Shown here in pieces: positions 62,416 to 64,000 of a DNA stretch of 64,000 nucleotides. Source of the stretch: Raillietiella orientalis (Eukaryota). The notes below the pieces were generated by a model that made no database searches, had not been told where the DNA came from, and saw only the letters and a program-made list of their open reading frames with translations. Within the stretch, counting starts at the first letter, position 1, and each line of letters starts with the position of its first letter. Position numbers and translations under genes: made by a program. The DNA is taken from NCBI GenBank assembly GCA_036172245.1, contig JAYWIR010000002.1, forward strand, positions 372,001 to 436,000, in the 5' to 3' direction.

Positions 62416-63880
62416 TTACACCCGGAGATGCTCGCGCTGCCGTTGCTTAAACTTGCGGAAGAAAGTTGATAGGGGTGAGAGCGAGTGCCGCCATCCCTTC
62501 CTCCAGGTAAGAGCTGGTCCGAGGTGGCTCCCAGTCCGGGAAGCAGTGAAAAAAGGTTGTGGCAACAAGACGTCGAGACATCCTCCCGAATCTGCGCAGT
62601 TGTCCATTCTGTGGGGACGGCCATCGGTGGGTCTGCTGCCAAGAGTACTCGAAGCAGGGTGCTCAGACACGGACCGATCAGTCCCGCTAACCTGTCATCT
62701 CACGGGGTTCTCCTTTGCACCACCCTCTGCCGAGTCGGGCACGCGAGCAGGGAAAGAGTTGAGCAGGAGGTCAGAGGGCGAGCAGGTGGCCCTCCTGCTA
62801 GTGGTGGCTGCAGCCCTTGCGGACTCGCGAGCACCCCCGGCATCCACACTTTCTCTCGCTTGCATTTTGGGAGCGAAAGTCCCGCGCGAGAGGCGGGTCG
62901 CGTATCTACGTGGCGTGGACGCCGCAGCGTGCCTCTCGGTCTGATGCGATATCCCCGCCTTTTTCATGCTTGCCTCGTGCGTTTCAAGAAGTCTATCTCC
63001 TGCGCGCACTGCAACCGCGACTTACGCAAGTTGCAGCAGCTTTCCGGGAACTCGCGGGCATCGGAAAGAGTGGATCGGAACCGGGAAGCGTTTCTGGTGT
63101 TTTTTGGCCTTCGTTGGGTTTGCGAAACGCGGGAGGGCATCCTTCTAAGTGGACCAGCTCGGAGAAGAAACCTTTGCTCTCCACAGACACCAGCACGAAG
63201 AATTCCGTGGTTTGAATGACTGCTTTCAGATTGATAACTGCTGTAGTCGAGTTTCCAGAGCAGTTCCGTAAGTACGCAGCTGCACAACCAAGCGTACACT
63301 CTAGAATGGGATTCACACTTCCGTGGCACGTGCATGGGAGCTGGGTCATTGCTTGTTCGTGGTACCTATTCCCCAGAAACCGATTCGTCCGACGATGACC
63401 TCAGGTTTCGATTTAGGTCGAGGGCTAAAAGGTCAGTCATGGAATCGAATGGGTTGTACGAGCATGCGTAGTCGCGGCGGTGTTCCTTAGACGCGCGATC
63501 GTTACGTTCCCAACCTTTGGCCTTCCGCATCTGCATTCGCCCGCATCCAGATTCCGCTCCTCATCCTTCAGTTCTCTATCAGTAAAAATCCCTCTGCTTT
63601 CTATGTGCTCCTCTTCCCGGCTCGGCCTCGCCCGAGAGGAGGCGTGCATCCTGCTAGCCTTTTCTTGACTCCACTCGCTCAGCCTCGGAGGTTCGAACTC
63701 GCGTTCTTGAGAAGAGTTGCTCGTGCAAGCTGGAGCAAGCGGAAGCACTCGGCAGCCACCCGTAGGCCACGTGGTCACATGGCAGGAATTCCGAGCGAAG
63801 TGTGTTTTTTCCCGAGGAAACTGCCGGTTGAGGCTGTTGAGGTTCAATTCCGTTTTCCCGTTTGCTGACCCGAGATCCAC
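62416..63880 (-). CDS. Possible exons of a convergent minus-strand gene, unknown product
   Basis: Three successive charged, low-complexity ORFs on minus (63437-63880, 62695-63009, 62416-62670) and a CCC|GTGAG donor near 62703. Confidence 0.3.
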
Positions 63881-64000
63881 CTACTGTGTACTTTCTGCAT
63901 CGTTCAAGAGGCACGAGGCGGGTCGACTGGTGTCCTTATCCGCACCACATGACTCGCAATTGGCGTTTGCCGAAGGAGTCTTTAACGTACTCTTGTTTTT

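Overview
Eukaryotic, intron-containing animal DNA, most likely arthropod (judged from the laminin sequence). No prokaryotic operons, CRISPR array or rRNA were seen. Two host genes can be reconstructed by hand. (1) A BAHD1-like BAH-domain gene on the minus strand (CDS 14284-16731, introns of only 35-54 nt) in an AT-rich, CpG-poor block. (2) A complete laminin beta chain gene on the plus strand (23 exons, 41536-62124, 5274 nt, 1757 aa) with a 12.5-kb second intron. That intron contains a Utopia/NeSL-like retrotransposon fragment and what looks like a nested antisense multi-exon gene of unknown product. Positions 1-10.5 kb and 25.6-40.2 kb hold nested, decayed transposons: a Buster hAT with both ends and its TSD, two copies of a piggyBac-type MITE, four copies of an L1/Tx1-like LINE family, gag remnants, and a four-copy LTR-like repeat carrying an antisense tRNA-like module with two B boxes. 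The best novelty candidates are the nested (possibly interleaved) antisense gene and the LTR/tRNA hybrid repeat. All alignments and family calls were made by eye, without database searches.
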